This document shows, piece by piece, positions 19,158 through 29,040 of a DNA stretch of 64,000 bases (its first letter is position 1; the number at the start of each line of letters is the position of its first letter). Under the pieces are notes generated by a model, which saw only the letters and a list, made by a program, of their open reading frames with translations, was not told the origin of the DNA and did no database searches. This stretch comes from Candidatus Bathyarchaeota archaeon (lineage in GTDB: Archaea > Thermoproteota > Bathyarchaeia > Bathyarchaeales > Bathycorpusculaceae). The stretch lies in contig CAVTZU010000001.1 in assembly GCA_963739305.1 (NCBI GenBank), positions 551 through 64,550 of the forward strand, read 5' to 3'. The translations under genes and the position numbers were made by a program.

Positions 19158-19246
19158 TCATTACACCTCCAGATTCGAAACAAAGGGAAATTGGGGAAAT
19201 TTTCCTCACCCTACCCCCGATTTCTAATTTGCAAAGGGGAAACTAG

Positions 19247-19654
19247 CTAGGTGCTGTTGCAGTGTACGTGAATTGGTTGCCCTTCGATGATCTCATTTCG
19301 ATCTCGTACTGAGAACCCTGGGTCCACGCGAATACGACTGTCGTCACGTTCTGACTGTTTGCCGGGAAGAGTAACGTATGCAGATGGAATCAAGTTGGCT
19401 GCGCGATTGTTTACGTGTATCTCTGTCATCGTAACTGGGGTAGTGCCAGTGTTCTGCGTTGTAATGACTACATTCCCTGCAGGAAACTGCACATTTGTGA
19501 TTTTGAGTTGTTCTGTTGCCATGAAGTTGAATGTTAGGGCTCCCATCCATGCTGCGACGGCGATGCTGACTGCGACTGTGACTGCGATCAGTATGATTGA
19601 TGCTACGACGGGGCTTAGGGCTTTTCTTTTCCTTGTGTTCATTTTTCTTTTCAT
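19247..19654 (-). CDS. archaeal type IV pilin-like protein (class III signal peptide)
   Basis: MKRKMNTRKRKALSPVVASIILIAVTVAVSIAVAAW combines a basic leader, LSPV and a hydrophobic helix. The start was chosen among 19699, 19654 and 19642. Confidence 0.65.
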   Translation of the reverse strand: MKRKMNTRKRKALSPVVASIILIAVTVAVSIAVAAWMGALTFNFMATEQLKITNVQFPAGNVVITTQNTGTTPVTMTEIHVNNRAANLIPSAYVTLPGKQSERDDSRIRVDPGFSVRDRNEIIEGQPIHVHCNST

Positions 19655-19841
19655 CCCTCCTTTTGGGACTAGTATGTATCGTGGTGTGAACACGGACATT
19701 TAAATCTTACGACTCACTATACCATATTCGGCATTTGTAGAACAAGAATACTCCGACTTGAAGCCCGACAACCAACGTTACGACTAAAAGAACGTGAAAA
19801 AAGAAAGTGTGCAACAGCAGCGGCAACGTATGGTTAAGAGC

Positions 19842-20189
19842 TTAGTCTTCCAGCTTATCGAAAAAGTCAATCAGAAGCTTCGCGACTTTTTCGCCCAACT
19901 CCGTTTTCTTGTAAAGCTTCTTAAGCGGGTCTATCTTCTCACTCCTGGCTAAGCCCAGCAGTTCAATTTCAATCATTCTAGCTCTGAAAGTTCCGTCGCT
20001 CAACGTCAACTTGTTCTCGCGCATGAAATCCTTGGCTTCTTTCCATTTTCCACGATCCATGTGGAGCAGCAGAATGCAGTCTATTGCATGGTCCTTCTCA
20101 AGCATAGCCTTAATCGCTGCCAGCTTGGAGTCAGTGAGGATATGTTTGGCCTTCTCCATTTCTCGATCTGTCTTCATCTTTACACCCAT
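19842..20189 (-). CDS. hypothetical helical protein
   Basis: 115-aa ORF with no recognised motif. Confidence 0.4.
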   Translation of the reverse strand: MGVKMKTDREMEKAKHILTDSKLAAIKAMLEKDHAIDCILLLHMDRGKWKEAKDFMRENKLTLSDGTFRARMIEIELLGLARSEKIDPLKKLYKKTELGEKVAKLLIDFFDKLED

Positions 20190-20499
20190 TTGTCTTTTCT
20201 ATGCTTTCTGAGTATACCGTACACCCTTAAAAGATTTAACCTATATTACGATTCGTGACTTATTACTGAGGACATATGCCTTGTTTTCCTCCGGCTACTT
20301 GCGTTTTCGATAGACCATGACATCCCTTATTCATCGATGAACTCGTATCCGACTGCTATCAACCTTTCCAACATCCTCATCCACGCATCTGCACCCAAAT
20401 TGACAACAAGCCTCAATTCTCTTCGAAGACATGCCGAAATGTTCAAATATACTACGGTTTATCTCGTAGTTAGCTTCAACCTATAATGGACGTTAATCA

Positions 20500-20988
20500 A
20501 TGTCGCAAGAATTCAGGTACAGGCTCAGAATAATCGATACGGACGTTGACGGCACGCTGAAAGTTTCTCTTGCTCTGTCAAAAGTCAAAGGAATCGGTGT
20601 GAGCCTTGCAAACGCCGTTCTCAACAAGGCGGGAGTGAACGCTGAAAAAAGAGCGGGGTTTCTCACAGAAACCGAAATTGAAAAAATGGAAGAGGTCATA
20701 AAGGACCCTATTCGACACGGTATACCGAGTTGGCTTCTGAATAGGAGAAAGGACGTTGAGACGGGAAAGGATGGGCATCTAATAAGCGCCGACCTTGTCC
20801 TTCGAACAAAGACGGATATAGAACAGATGAAGGTAATCAAGTCTTGGCGAGGGTACAGACACGCCTACGGACTGAAGGTTCGTGGACAGCGAACGAAGAC
20901 TACGGGTAGGGCAGGCAAAGCCTTAGGAGTCAAGAAGAAAACACTCATGCAGAGACCAGGCGGACCAGCAGCGGAAGGTAAGAAGTAA
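20500..20988 (+). CDS. rps13: 30S ribosomal protein S13 (uS13)
   Basis: RIIDTDVDG...KVKGIGVSLANAVL; first gene of the conserved S13-S4-S11-RpoD cluster. Confidence 0.92.
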   Translation: MSQEFRYRLRIIDTDVDGTLKVSLALSKVKGIGVSLANAVLNKAGVNAEKRAGFLTETEIEKMEEVIKDPIRHGIPSWLLNRRKDVETGKDGHLISADLVLRTKTDIEQMKVIKSWRGYRHAYGLKVRGQRTKTTGRAGKALGVKKKTLMQRPGGPAAEGKK

Positions 20989-21566
20989 TGGGCGACCCGA
21001 AAAAACAGAGAAAAAAATACGATACTCCACGGTTTCCCTGGCGGACGGACATAATGCAGGGAGAGCTCAAACTTCTAGGCCAGTACGGTTTGCGGAATAA
21101 GCATGAGCTCTGGCGATTTGAAACGATGCTGTCAAAGTTCAGGGGCAACGCGCGTTCCCTGATAGGACAGACAACTGAGGAACGCAAGAAGATGGAAGAA
21201 GAACTGTTGGCGCGACTGAAGAAAATGGGTATTCTTCCGGAAACAGCCGTCCTGGACGACGTCTTGGACTTGACGATTGAAGACTTGCTTGAACGTAGAC
21301 TTCAAACTATCGTTGTACGAAAGAATCTTGCGAAGACACCTCAGCAATCTCGACAATTGATAACCCACGGGCACGTATCGATCGGAGGGCAAAGGATCAA
21401 AATACCGGGATATCTGGTCACGAAACCTGAAGAAGCTCGAATCGAGTACGTTGCTCAGAGTTCCTTGGCTAACCCTAATCATCCATTACGGCAGACTATA
21501 TCTGTTGCACCGCAGGCACCGACTAGTCCTGAGAAAACGGGAGAGGATGGAGGAGATGAGTCGTGA
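20988..21566 (+). CDS. rps4: 30S ribosomal protein S4 (uS4)
   Basis: [18 protein letters not shown]-terminus and an S4 RNA-binding domain ([14 protein letters not shown]). Confidence 0.92.
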   Translation: MGDPKKQRKKYDTPRFPWRTDIMQGELKLLGQYGLRNKHELWRFETMLSKFRGNARSLIGQTTEERKKMEEELLARLKKMGILPETAVLDDVLDLTIEDLLERRLQTIVVRKNLAKTPQQSRQLITHGHVSIGGQRIKIPGYLVTKPEEARIEYVAQSSLANPNHPLRQTISVAPQAPTSPEKTGEDGGDES

Positions 21567-21964
21567 GCTCAAGTAAGAAGACTGAGAAATGGGCAGTTGT
21601 TCATATTTACAGTTCCTACAACAACACTATAATCCACATGACCGACCTATCTGGCGCTGAAACGATCGCTAGAACATCCGGCGGCATGGTTGTGAAGGCG
21701 TCCAGAATGGAGTCTTCACCGTACGCTGCTATGCGCGCCGCATCGTTGGCAGCGGATGTAGCCAAAGACAAGGGGATAACCGCGATACACATTAGAGTAA
21801 GGGCCCCAGGAGGAGCTGGACCGAGAACACCTGGACCAGGTGCCCAAGCAGCCATTAGGGCTCTTGCACGTGCAGGGTTCCGCATTGAACGCATAGAAGA
21901 AGTTACGCCTATTCCGCATGACGGTACAAGAAGACCTGGCGGCAGAAGGGGAAGAAGAGTCTAG
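21563..21964 (+). CDS. rps11: 30S ribosomal protein S11 (uS11)
   Basis: [19 protein letters not shown]...[17 protein letters not shown]. Confidence 0.92.
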   Translation: MSSSKKTEKWAVVHIYSSYNNTIIHMTDLSGAETIARTSGGMVVKASRMESSPYAAMRAASLAADVAKDKGITAIHIRVRAPGGAGPRTPGPGAQAAIRALARAGFRIERIEEVTPIPHDGTRRPGGRRGRRV

Positions 21965-22047
21965 CAGGTTCAAGGCGTCCTTGTCCTGATAGAAAAATTG
22001 AAATAATGCACCAATGTTCTATTGAACGGCACACTGGTTAGCATGGA

Positions 22048-22881
22048 GTGTCCAAACAAGTGGAAATAAAAGTGCTTGAAAAAGACGATGAAAACTTGCG
22101 TTTGCTAATTCAAGGAGTGGAAGTTCCATACATGAACGCACTGAGAAGAATTGTGGTTTCTGAAGTTCCATGTATGGCTATAGATGAGATCGTTATGGTT
22201 GAGAACTCTTCTGTCCTGCAGGACGAGATAATTGCGCATAGGCTTGGACTTGTTCCGCTCAAGACCGATCTGGACATGTACAACCTGCCTGAGGAGTGCC
22301 CGTGCAAGAGCGAATTCGGATGCAACCTGTGCAGAGTAACACTCGCACTTGACGTTGAGTCCAAGGAAGGAACAAGACCGATCTATTCTGGCGACCTCAA
22401 ATCTGAAAGCGAATCCGTTGTACCCGTGAGCCCCAAAATCCCCATCGTGAAGCTGGCAAAGGAACAGAAGATCAGACTTGAGGCTTATGCGAGGCTTGGA
22501 AGAGGTAAAAATCATGCCAAATGGCAACCGGTCTCGATGTGTGCTTACAAGTACTTCCCGAAAATCATGATCAGCAAGAAGTGTACCGTCTGCGGCAAAT
22601 GCGTTGAAATGTGCCCCAAAAAAGTTCTTGTCAAGGTTGACAACAAGGTCGAGGTCCGTGATCTCATGGCATGCATTCTTTGCCAAGATTGTGCAGAGGC
22701 CTGCCCTGAGAAGCCTTCTGCAATAGAGGTTTCTGGGGAAGAGGATGCTTTCATATTCAGCCTGGAATCTACAAGAGCGCTTCCACCCGAGAGAATAATC
22801 ACGGAAGCCATCAAGATACTAGACAAACAACTGAAAGAACTTGAAACTGATATCAAGGTGAAAAAGAGTGAAGAAGAGTAA
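22048..22881 (+). CDS. rpoD: DNA-directed RNA polymerase subunit D with a 4Fe-4S ferredoxin-like insert
   Basis: NALRRIVVSEVP; two CxxCxxCxxxCP clusters (CTVCGKCVEMCP and CILCQDCAEACP); GTG start. Confidence 0.9.
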   Translation: MSKQVEIKVLEKDDENLRLLIQGVEVPYMNALRRIVVSEVPCMAIDEIVMVENSSVLQDEIIAHRLGLVPLKTDLDMYNLPEECPCKSEFGCNLCRVTLALDVESKEGTRPIYSGDLKSESESVVPVSPKIPIVKLAKEQKIRLEAYARLGRGKNHAKWQPVSMCAYKYFPKIMISKKCTVCGKCVEMCPKKVLVKVDNKVEVRDLMACILCQDCAEACPEKPSAIEVSGEEDAFIFSLESTRALPPERIITEAIKILDKQLKELETDIKVKKSEEE

Positions 22882-23230
22882 ATCAACAAACCCTGAGCTC
22901 CTCAAGTTGACAACGTTTTTGCGGAAAAAAAGCACGGAAAACAACGTGGAAATATGGCGGAATGTTGCTGAACGCTTGACCAAGCCCAGAAGAAGAAGCA
23001 TTTCAGTGAACGTGAGCCGCCTGAACAGATTCACGCACAAGAGTGAAACAATCATCGTTCCTGGCAAAGTCCTTGGAACAGGCGAAATTGGTCACCCCGT
23101 CACCGTAGCTGCATTTGCCTTCTCAGCAAAAGCGAAGCAGAAAATAGAAGCTGCAAGAGGAAAGTGCTTGTCTTTCCTTGACCTAGTCAAGAAAGATCCA
23201 AAAGGCTCCAAAGTCAAAATAATAGGGTGA
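22868..23230 (+). CDS. rpl18e: 50S ribosomal protein L18e
   Basis: TNPELLKLTTFLRKKSTEN..IWRNVAERLTKPRRR..VNVSRL. Confidence 0.88.
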   Translation: MKKSKSTNPELLKLTTFLRKKSTENNVEIWRNVAERLTKPRRRSISVNVSRLNRFTHKSETIIVPGKVLGTGEIGHPVTVAAFAFSAKAKQKIEAARGKCLSFLDLVKKDPKGSKVKIIG

Positions 23231-23679
23231 AAGAAATGGAAACAGAAATCAAACCAATCACTGTTGTTAACGCTGATGGGCTTATTCTGGGCAGAATGGC
23301 AACCTCGATTGCTAAGCGGCTGTTGGAGGGCGAAGAAATAGCAGTCGTGAATGCTGAAAAAGCTGTGATTTCAGGGAGAAAAGGGAACAAAGTCACAGAA
23401 GCGAAAGAGTTTTTGGCAGTGGGCGGCGTGGGACGTGGACCTTTCCATTACAGAAGACCTGACAGAATAGTCAGAAAAACTGTAAAAGGGATGCTTCCGG
23501 CAAGAAAACCAAAAGGGAAAGATGCTTACAAACGACTTCAGGTGTACATTGGAGTACCGGAAGATCTCAAGAACATGAAGATGGAGACCGTCAGCCATGC
23601 AGACGCGAAGAAGCTGAAATGCTCATACTTCACGGTCGGCCAATTGTCGAGAGAGATAGGATGGAATCAAGGTGAATAG
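23227..23679 (+). CDS. rpl13: 50S ribosomal protein L13 (uL13)
   Basis: VVNADGLILGRMATSIAKRLLEG and cluster position. The start (GTG 23227 or ATG 23239) is uncertain. Confidence 0.88.
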   Translation: MKEMETEIKPITVVNADGLILGRMATSIAKRLLEGEEIAVVNAEKAVISGRKGNKVTEAKEFLAVGGVGRGPFHYRRPDRIVRKTVKGMLPARKPKGKDAYKRLQVYIGVPEDLKNMKMETVSHADAKKLKCSYFTVGQLSREIGWNQGE

Positions 23680-23681
23680 AA

Positions 23682-24092
23682 ATGCCAACCAAGAAAACAC
23701 TAGTTGTTAGTGGAAAAAGAAAAACGGCCTTTTCACGAGCAGTCGTGAGACCTGGCGTGGGAAGAGTGTACATAAACAAGATTCCGGTGGAAATCTATGA
23801 GCCTGAAATTGCACGTGAAAAAATGATGGAACCCCTTATTCAATCGGGAGATGAAGTCTGGAAGGAGTTGGATCTGGACGTGAAAACCTCAGGCGGCGGG
23901 TACATGGGGCAAGCGGAAGCTGCGCGAATGGCAATCTCGAATGCCATTTTGAAGTGGACCAAGAGCTCTCACTTGCGCTCTGTCTACTCTGAATATGACA
24001 GAACGATGATCGCAGGAGATTCGAGGAAAAAAGAGCCTAAGAAATTCGGAGGCCCAGGTGCTCGGGCGAGAGATCAGAAGAGCTATCGGTAA
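23682..24092 (+). CDS. rps9: 30S ribosomal protein S9 (uS9)
   Basis: SGKRKTAFSRAVVRPG...GGPGARARDQKSYR C-terminus. Confidence 0.92.
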   Translation: MPTKKTLVVSGKRKTAFSRAVVRPGVGRVYINKIPVEIYEPEIAREKMMEPLIQSGDEVWKELDLDVKTSGGGYMGQAEAARMAISNAILKWTKSSHLRSVYSEYDRTMIAGDSRKKEPKKFGGPGARARDQKSYR

Positions 24093-24108
24093 AGAAGGTT
24101 GAAAGTGG

Positions 24109-24339
24109 TTGATCATCCCAGTAAGATGTTTCACGTGTGGCAAACTGATTGGAGACAAATGGGAAGAATTTACCCAAAGAGTAAAAGCAGGTGAAAACCC
24201 GGGTGAGATACTCGACAGCCTGGGCGTAAAGAGGTACTGTTGCAGACGAATGCTTCTATCCCACGTAGAAATCTTGGACGAGGTCCTCCGCTTCTACGAA
24301 GAAGCGGAAAAACGAAAAGAGGCAAGAAGCATTTATTGA
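24109..24339 (+). CDS. rpoN: DNA-directed RNA polymerase subunit N
   Basis: (M)[11 protein letters not shown]...[11 protein letters not shown] start at the position where homologs have Met. Confidence 0.9.
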   Translation: MIIPVRCFTCGKLIGDKWEEFTQRVKAGENPGEILDSLGVKRYCCRRMLLSHVEILDEVLRFYEEAEKRKEARSIY

Positions 24340-24358
24340 GGAGAACGGGTGGGGAACG

Positions 24359-25621
24359 TTGGCTGCAGTAATTGAAGACATAATAGCCCGAAAAGTCTTC
24401 AACAACCGCGGCGAAGAAACCATAGAGGTCGACATAGTCACTGCCCAGGGTTTTGGAAGAATTGCCGCACCAGCTGGAAAAAGTCGCGGGAAAACAGAAG
24501 TTGTCTATTACCCACAGGGTGGAGTCGAGCAAGCAATAAGAAAAGTCGATGAGCTCATAGCGCCAGAAATAATGGGTCTAAACGCGGATTGTCAGGAAGA
24601 AATCGACAAGACACTGCACGAGATTGACGGGTCAAAAGACTTCAGATCGATAGGTGGGAATACCGCTTTCGCTATTTCCTTAGCCTGCGCAGAGGCAGCC
24701 GCAAACTCGAATGGCCTTCTCCTTTTTCAGTACTTGGCAGGCCACGTGGCACGTGAGCTTCCATACCCGCTTGGAAACACGATTAGCGGCGGGCAACATA
24801 CAAGCGGAAAATCACCAGACATACAGGAGTTCCTGGTTCTTCCTTACGGCGCCGAAACATTTCTGGAAGCCGTTTCAGCAAACGTTCAAGTTCACAGAAG
24901 AATAGGTGAAATGCTGAGCAAGAAGGACAGGCTTTTCAACAGCGGAAGAAGTGATGAAGGAGCTTGGGTGGCTAACGTGGGAAACGCTGATGCGTTTGAT
25001 ATCCTGCAAAAAGCCTGTGAAGAAGTCAGCAGTGAACTGGGGTTCGTCTGCGGCATGGGCATCGATCTTGCTTCTTCTTCGCTCTGGAGCAGCAAAGAGA
25101 AAAAATACAACTATTCGCGTGAAGGAAAGAAACGCGATTCCAGCGAGCAGCTCGAATACGTGATTGAACTGATCAAGAAATATCACCTTGCGTACGTAGA
25201 AGACCCATTTCACGAGGAAGACTTCAAGAGTTTCGCAGAACTCTCTAGAAAGGCAAGGAATTGTCTTGTCTGCGGCGACGATCTTTTCACGACCAACAGT
25301 GAACGACTGAGTCGCGGAGCAAAGATGCACGCGGGGAACGCCGTTATAATCAAAGTCAACCAGGTCGGCACACTGTCAGATGCATTGGAAACAATCGAAA
25401 TAGCTCATGAAAACATGTACGTTCCGGTAATCTCCCATCGCTCGGGTGACACGTGCGACTGGCACATTGCCCAACTCGCCGTAGCGTTTAGATGCCCGGT
25501 TATCAAGGCCGGAATCGTTGAAGCTGCGCGCACTGCAAAGATGAACGAACTCATAAGAATAGAGGAGTTCCTGGGGGACAGGGCAAAAATGGCCAACCTT
25601 GGAATATTGAAAGGAGAATAG
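24359..25621 (+). CDS. eno: enolase (phosphopyruvate hydratase)
   Basis: IIKVNQVGT and SHRSGDT motifs; N-terminal [16 protein letters not shown]; TTG start. Confidence 0.92.
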   Translation: MAAVIEDIIARKVFNNRGEETIEVDIVTAQGFGRIAAPAGKSRGKTEVVYYPQGGVEQAIRKVDELIAPEIMGLNADCQEEIDKTLHEIDGSKDFRSIGGNTAFAISLACAEAAANSNGLLLFQYLAGHVARELPYPLGNTISGGQHTSGKSPDIQEFLVLPYGAETFLEAVSANVQVHRRIGEMLSKKDRLFNSGRSDEGAWVANVGNADAFDILQKACEEVSSELGFVCGMGIDLASSSLWSSKEKKYNYSREGKKRDSSEQLEYVIELIKKYHLAYVEDPFHEEDFKSFAELSRKARNCLVCGDDLFTTNSERLSRGAKMHAGNAVIIKVNQVGTLSDALETIEIAHENMYVPVISHRSGDTCDWHIAQLAVAFRCPVIKAGIVEAARTAKMNELIRIEEFLGDRAKMANLGILKGE

Positions 25622-25625
25622 GACA

Positions 25626-26399
25626 ATGTCAGAAGACGATGAAATCAAGGAAGAAACTGAAGAAGAAGTTGAGGAAGAAAGCAAAGAAGAAGAGATTGAG
25701 GAAGAAATTGAAGAGGTAAAAGTTACAGAATCACAAGAGAAGACTGAAACAGCAGAGCCAACAGCGACTGTTGCTCCTGGCGAAGAGCTTCTGCTCCCTC
25801 AGGACACGTTGCTGTCTGCCGGCATACACATCGGGACAAGGATGAAAACGGGAGACATGGAACAGTTCATTTACCGTGTCAGGCCTGATGGTCTTTTCGT
25901 TCTTGACGTAAAGAAAACTGATGAAAGAATAAGAGCGGCAGCGAAGTTCTTGTCCAGGTTTGAACCTGCAAAGGTTGCAGCGGCAGCGGCTAGACTTTAT
26001 GCGCAGGAACCGGTGACAAAATTCTGCGAGGTGACCGGCGCAACTCCAATTGTTGGAAGGTTCATCCCGGGACTCCTGTCAAACCCATTGTATCCCAACC
26101 GCATCGAACCAGACGTGCTAATAGTCTCGGACCCCAGAGCCGACTTTCAAGCAGTCAAGGAAGCTTCTTCAGTCGGCATACCAGTAGTAGCTTTGTGCAG
26201 CACGGACAACGAGTTCGTGGGAGTCGATCTCGTCATTCCCACCAACAACAAGGGTCGCAGGGCTTTGGCCGTTATTTACTGGCTATTATCGAGACAAGTT
26301 ATGCGCGAACGAGGCGAATTGGCCGCTGACAAGGATCCCACGCTCACCATTGACGATTTTGAAGCCAAGATCGCAAGGGAGGAAGAGGGGGAAGCTTAA
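25626..26399 (+). CDS. rps2: 30S ribosomal protein S2 (uS2) with a ~55-aa acidic N-terminal extension
   Basis: The core [41 protein letters not shown] is preceded by an E/D-rich segment. Confidence 0.9.
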   Translation: MSEDDEIKEETEEEVEEESKEEEIEEEIEEVKVTESQEKTETAEPTATVAPGEELLLPQDTLLSAGIHIGTRMKTGDMEQFIYRVRPDGLFVLDVKKTDERIRAAAKFLSRFEPAKVAAAAARLYAQEPVTKFCEVTGATPIVGRFIPGLLSNPLYPNRIEPDVLIVSDPRADFQAVKEASSVGIPVVALCSTDNEFVGVDLVIPTNNKGRRALAVIYWLLSRQVMRERGELAADKDPTLTIDDFEAKIAREEEGEA

Positions 26400-26403
26400 C
26401 TAA

Positions 26404-27255
26404 ATGGCGAAGGTTCGGCAGCCTTGCCAAGCCGGAGCCTTCTACGAAGGAAATGCGAAGTCGCTTGAACGACAGATAAAGGAATGCTTTCTGAGCAGGC
26501 TTGGACCGGGGAAACTTCCAGAAATAGCCTCAAACCCTCTTAGAAAAGTTGTTGGACTTGTTTGTCCGCATGCGGGTTACATGTTTTCAGGTCCCGTTGC
26601 TGCCCATTCGTATTACCAGTTGGGCGTTGACGGCAGGCCTGATACGGTATTTCTATTTGGCCCAAACCACACTGGCCTAGGCAGCGGCTTAGCCGTCATG
26701 GACGAAGGCTTCTGGCGAACGCCATTTGGCGACGTTGAAATAGACCGCGACGCTGCCGATCGACTTGTAAAAGAAGCGAAAATCATCGATATTGACGAAT
26801 CCGCCCACACGCTTGAACATTCAATCGAAGTTCAGCTGCCCTTCCTCCAATATCTGTATGGCTCAGACTTCAAGATCGTGCCAGTTTGCTTCCTGATGCA
26901 GGATTTGCCCTCGGCCAAGGAAATTGGAGAGGCGGTTGCAAAGGTTGCGACCAAAACAAACTCGGTCATTATAGCATCTTCGGACATGACACATTACGAG
27001 GCGCAACAAAGCGCTGAAAGGAAGGACAGAAAAGCTCTCGAAGCAGTGCAGGCTTTGGATGAAGCTCGTTTCTACTCAATCGTTGAGACCAATCACATAA
27101 CCGCTTGTGGCTATGGGCCGATTGCGGCCCTAATGGTCGCTGCAAAAACGCTTGGAGCAAAAGAGGCAAAATTATTATGCTATAAGACCAGTGGAGATAT
27201 AATTGGCGACTATTCAAGCGTCGTTGGATACGCCGCCGTGTGTTTCAGAAAATAG
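26404..27255 (+). CDS. MEMO1 family protein (AmmeMemoRadiSam system protein B)
   Basis: CPHAGYMFSG and SSDMTHYE motifs; conserved position after rps2. Confidence 0.85.
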   Translation: MAKVRQPCQAGAFYEGNAKSLERQIKECFLSRLGPGKLPEIASNPLRKVVGLVCPHAGYMFSGPVAAHSYYQLGVDGRPDTVFLFGPNHTGLGSGLAVMDEGFWRTPFGDVEIDRDAADRLVKEAKIIDIDESAHTLEHSIEVQLPFLQYLYGSDFKIVPVCFLMQDLPSAKEIGEAVAKVATKTNSVIIASSDMTHYEAQQSAERKDRKALEAVQALDEARFYSIVETNHITACGYGPIAALMVAAKTLGAKEAKLLCYKTSGDIIGDYSSVVGYAAVCFRK

Positions 27256-27264
27256 TGGTGTACG

Positions 27265-28248
27265 ATGGGGGTCGTTGCCTCAGCTCCCGGGAAAATCATC
27301 CTTTTCGGAGAACACTTTGTCGTTTACGGTGAGCCGGCCATTGTTTTAGCCATAGACAAGAGAGCATACGCAACTGTGGACCACAGCGATGACAAGTTTC
27401 TGCACTGTCGCTCCGTGAATCTGAACTTGAAAGGCTACTTTGATGACGGGGTTTTCAAAGTTGAACGAGGTGACGCGAGGGAGGCAAGAGTGAAGTTCGA
27501 GCCTGTGCGAGTCGCTGTCGAAAAGGTCATGGCGTCTTATAAAGACAAAGTCGGCTTGAACATCGAAATCAACTCAACTGTCCCAGTCGGCGCCGGGCTT
27601 GGGTCATCGGCGGCCGTCGTGGCTGCAGTGACTTTGGCTGCAAGTGCACTCTTGAATGTGAAGATGCAGAAAGAAGACGTTTTCCGAATCTCTCTGGACG
27701 CGGAGCGAGTAGTGCACGGAACGCCTTCCGGTGTTGACCCGGCCATCGCCACTTTCGGAGGAGCAATGCTATTTCAAAGTGATACTGGGTTCAAGCCCCT
27801 TGAAGTGAAGTCGGAGATTCCGCTGGTGATTGGCGATACTGGCGTGCAGAGGTCGACGAAAGTTCAAGTTGATAAGGTGCGCTTAATAACGGAAAACTAT
27901 CCACAGATCGTTGAGCCGATTAGGAGAGCTGCCAGGGAGATCGTTTTGAGAGCAATGGATGCATTCAAACACAATGATTTAAAAACTCTCGGAGACTTGA
28001 TGAATGTTAATCAAGCCCTACTCTACGGACTAGGGGTCTCGGATGAGTCGCTTGAATGGTTGATAAATGCTGCGAAGAAGGCAGGGGCCTTGGGAGCAAA
28101 ATTGACGGGTGCGGGCGGCGGAGGATGTATGATTGCATTAGCAACTGATGATAATCTTCAAGGCGTTCTCGAAGCGATAATGAGGGCGGGCGGCAGACCC
28201 TTCACCGCTAGAAAAACTGACGAAGGCGTAAGGATTGAAAAGAGCTAA
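27265..28248 (+). CDS. mvk: mevalonate kinase
   Basis: APGKIILFGEHFVVYG; GHMP motif PVGAGLGSSAAV; KLTGAGGGGC. Confidence 0.9.
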   Translation: MGVVASAPGKIILFGEHFVVYGEPAIVLAIDKRAYATVDHSDDKFLHCRSVNLNLKGYFDDGVFKVERGDAREARVKFEPVRVAVEKVMASYKDKVGLNIEINSTVPVGAGLGSSAAVVAAVTLAASALLNVKMQKEDVFRISLDAERVVHGTPSGVDPAIATFGGAMLFQSDTGFKPLEVKSEIPLVIGDTGVQRSTKVQVDKVRLITENYPQIVEPIRRAAREIVLRAMDAFKHNDLKTLGDLMNVNQALLYGLGVSDESLEWLINAAKKAGALGAKLTGAGGGGCMIALATDDNLQGVLEAIMRAGGRPFTARKTDEGVRIEKS

Positions 28249-29035
28249 GTCTATCGTCCTGAAGATTGGCGGTTCGGTGATCACGAACAAGAACGGAGAG
28301 CTTGCTGCAAAGACCCAGGATATAGACCGCCTGGCCGGAGAAATACAGAACGCGGCGGTTGAGAATCTGATCATTGTTCATGGCGGCGGAAGCTTCGGCC
28401 ACCCATTGGCGGAGAAGTACAAGATAAAGGAAGGATACAAAGAAGAATTGCAGAAAATAGGATTTTCTGAAACTCATCATGTTATGACCGTGCTTAATGG
28501 TCTTTTGATGGACGCGCTCGTTTGGCACAATGTTGCAGCAGTCAGTATTACACCATCCTCTTGCGTCATCACAAAGAATGGTCGAATTGAACGATTTGAA
28601 GACGGCGCAGTTGGAGGCCTGCTGAATATGGGTTTCACGCCAGTGCTATACGGAGACGCAGTTCTGGACACTGAAATCGGATTCACAATTTTGTCTGGCG
28701 ACCAGCTGGTTTCATACCTTGCGATGAAATTTGATGCTGAACGCATAGTCATAGGTATTGATGAAGACGGAGTGTTTGAGGCAGACCCTAAGCTTGACAA
28801 AACCGCGAAGATGTTCGAGCATTTAACGCTGGGAGAATTGAAGAAGCTGCAGGGAAAACTAGGCAAGGCCACGGCGTGTGACGTGACGGGCGGGATGTTT
28901 GGCAAGATGTCCGAACTCATCCCAGCAATCGAGCATGAAATTCCAGTGACGATCGTCAACGCAACTCAGCCTCGGAATGTTTGCAGAGTCCTTCAAGGAG
29001 AGAAAATCAGAGGCACTCTAATAGAGAAGGTATAG
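28235..29035 (+). CDS. isopentenyl phosphate kinase
   Basis: Amino-acid-kinase fold with LKIGGSVITNK and IVHGGGSFGH; sits between mvk and idi2; TTG start. Confidence 0.85.
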   Translation: MKRAKSIVLKIGGSVITNKNGELAAKTQDIDRLAGEIQNAAVENLIIVHGGGSFGHPLAEKYKIKEGYKEELQKIGFSETHHVMTVLNGLLMDALVWHNVAAVSITPSSCVITKNGRIERFEDGAVGGLLNMGFTPVLYGDAVLDTEIGFTILSGDQLVSYLAMKFDAERIVIGIDEDGVFEADPKLDKTAKMFEHLTLGELKKLQGKLGKATACDVTGGMFGKMSELIPAIEHEIPVTIVNATQPRNVCRVLQGEKIRGTLIEKV

Positions 29036-29040
29036 AAATC

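Noticed and set aside
20270-20440. A minus-strand frame ending ...LERLIAVGYEFIDE*, vaguely like the C-terminal tail of the recombinase fragment (…LIEQGFEYVTE…).
   Set aside because: Only about 5 similar residues, no start codon and no flanking recombinase motifs. The match is too weak.
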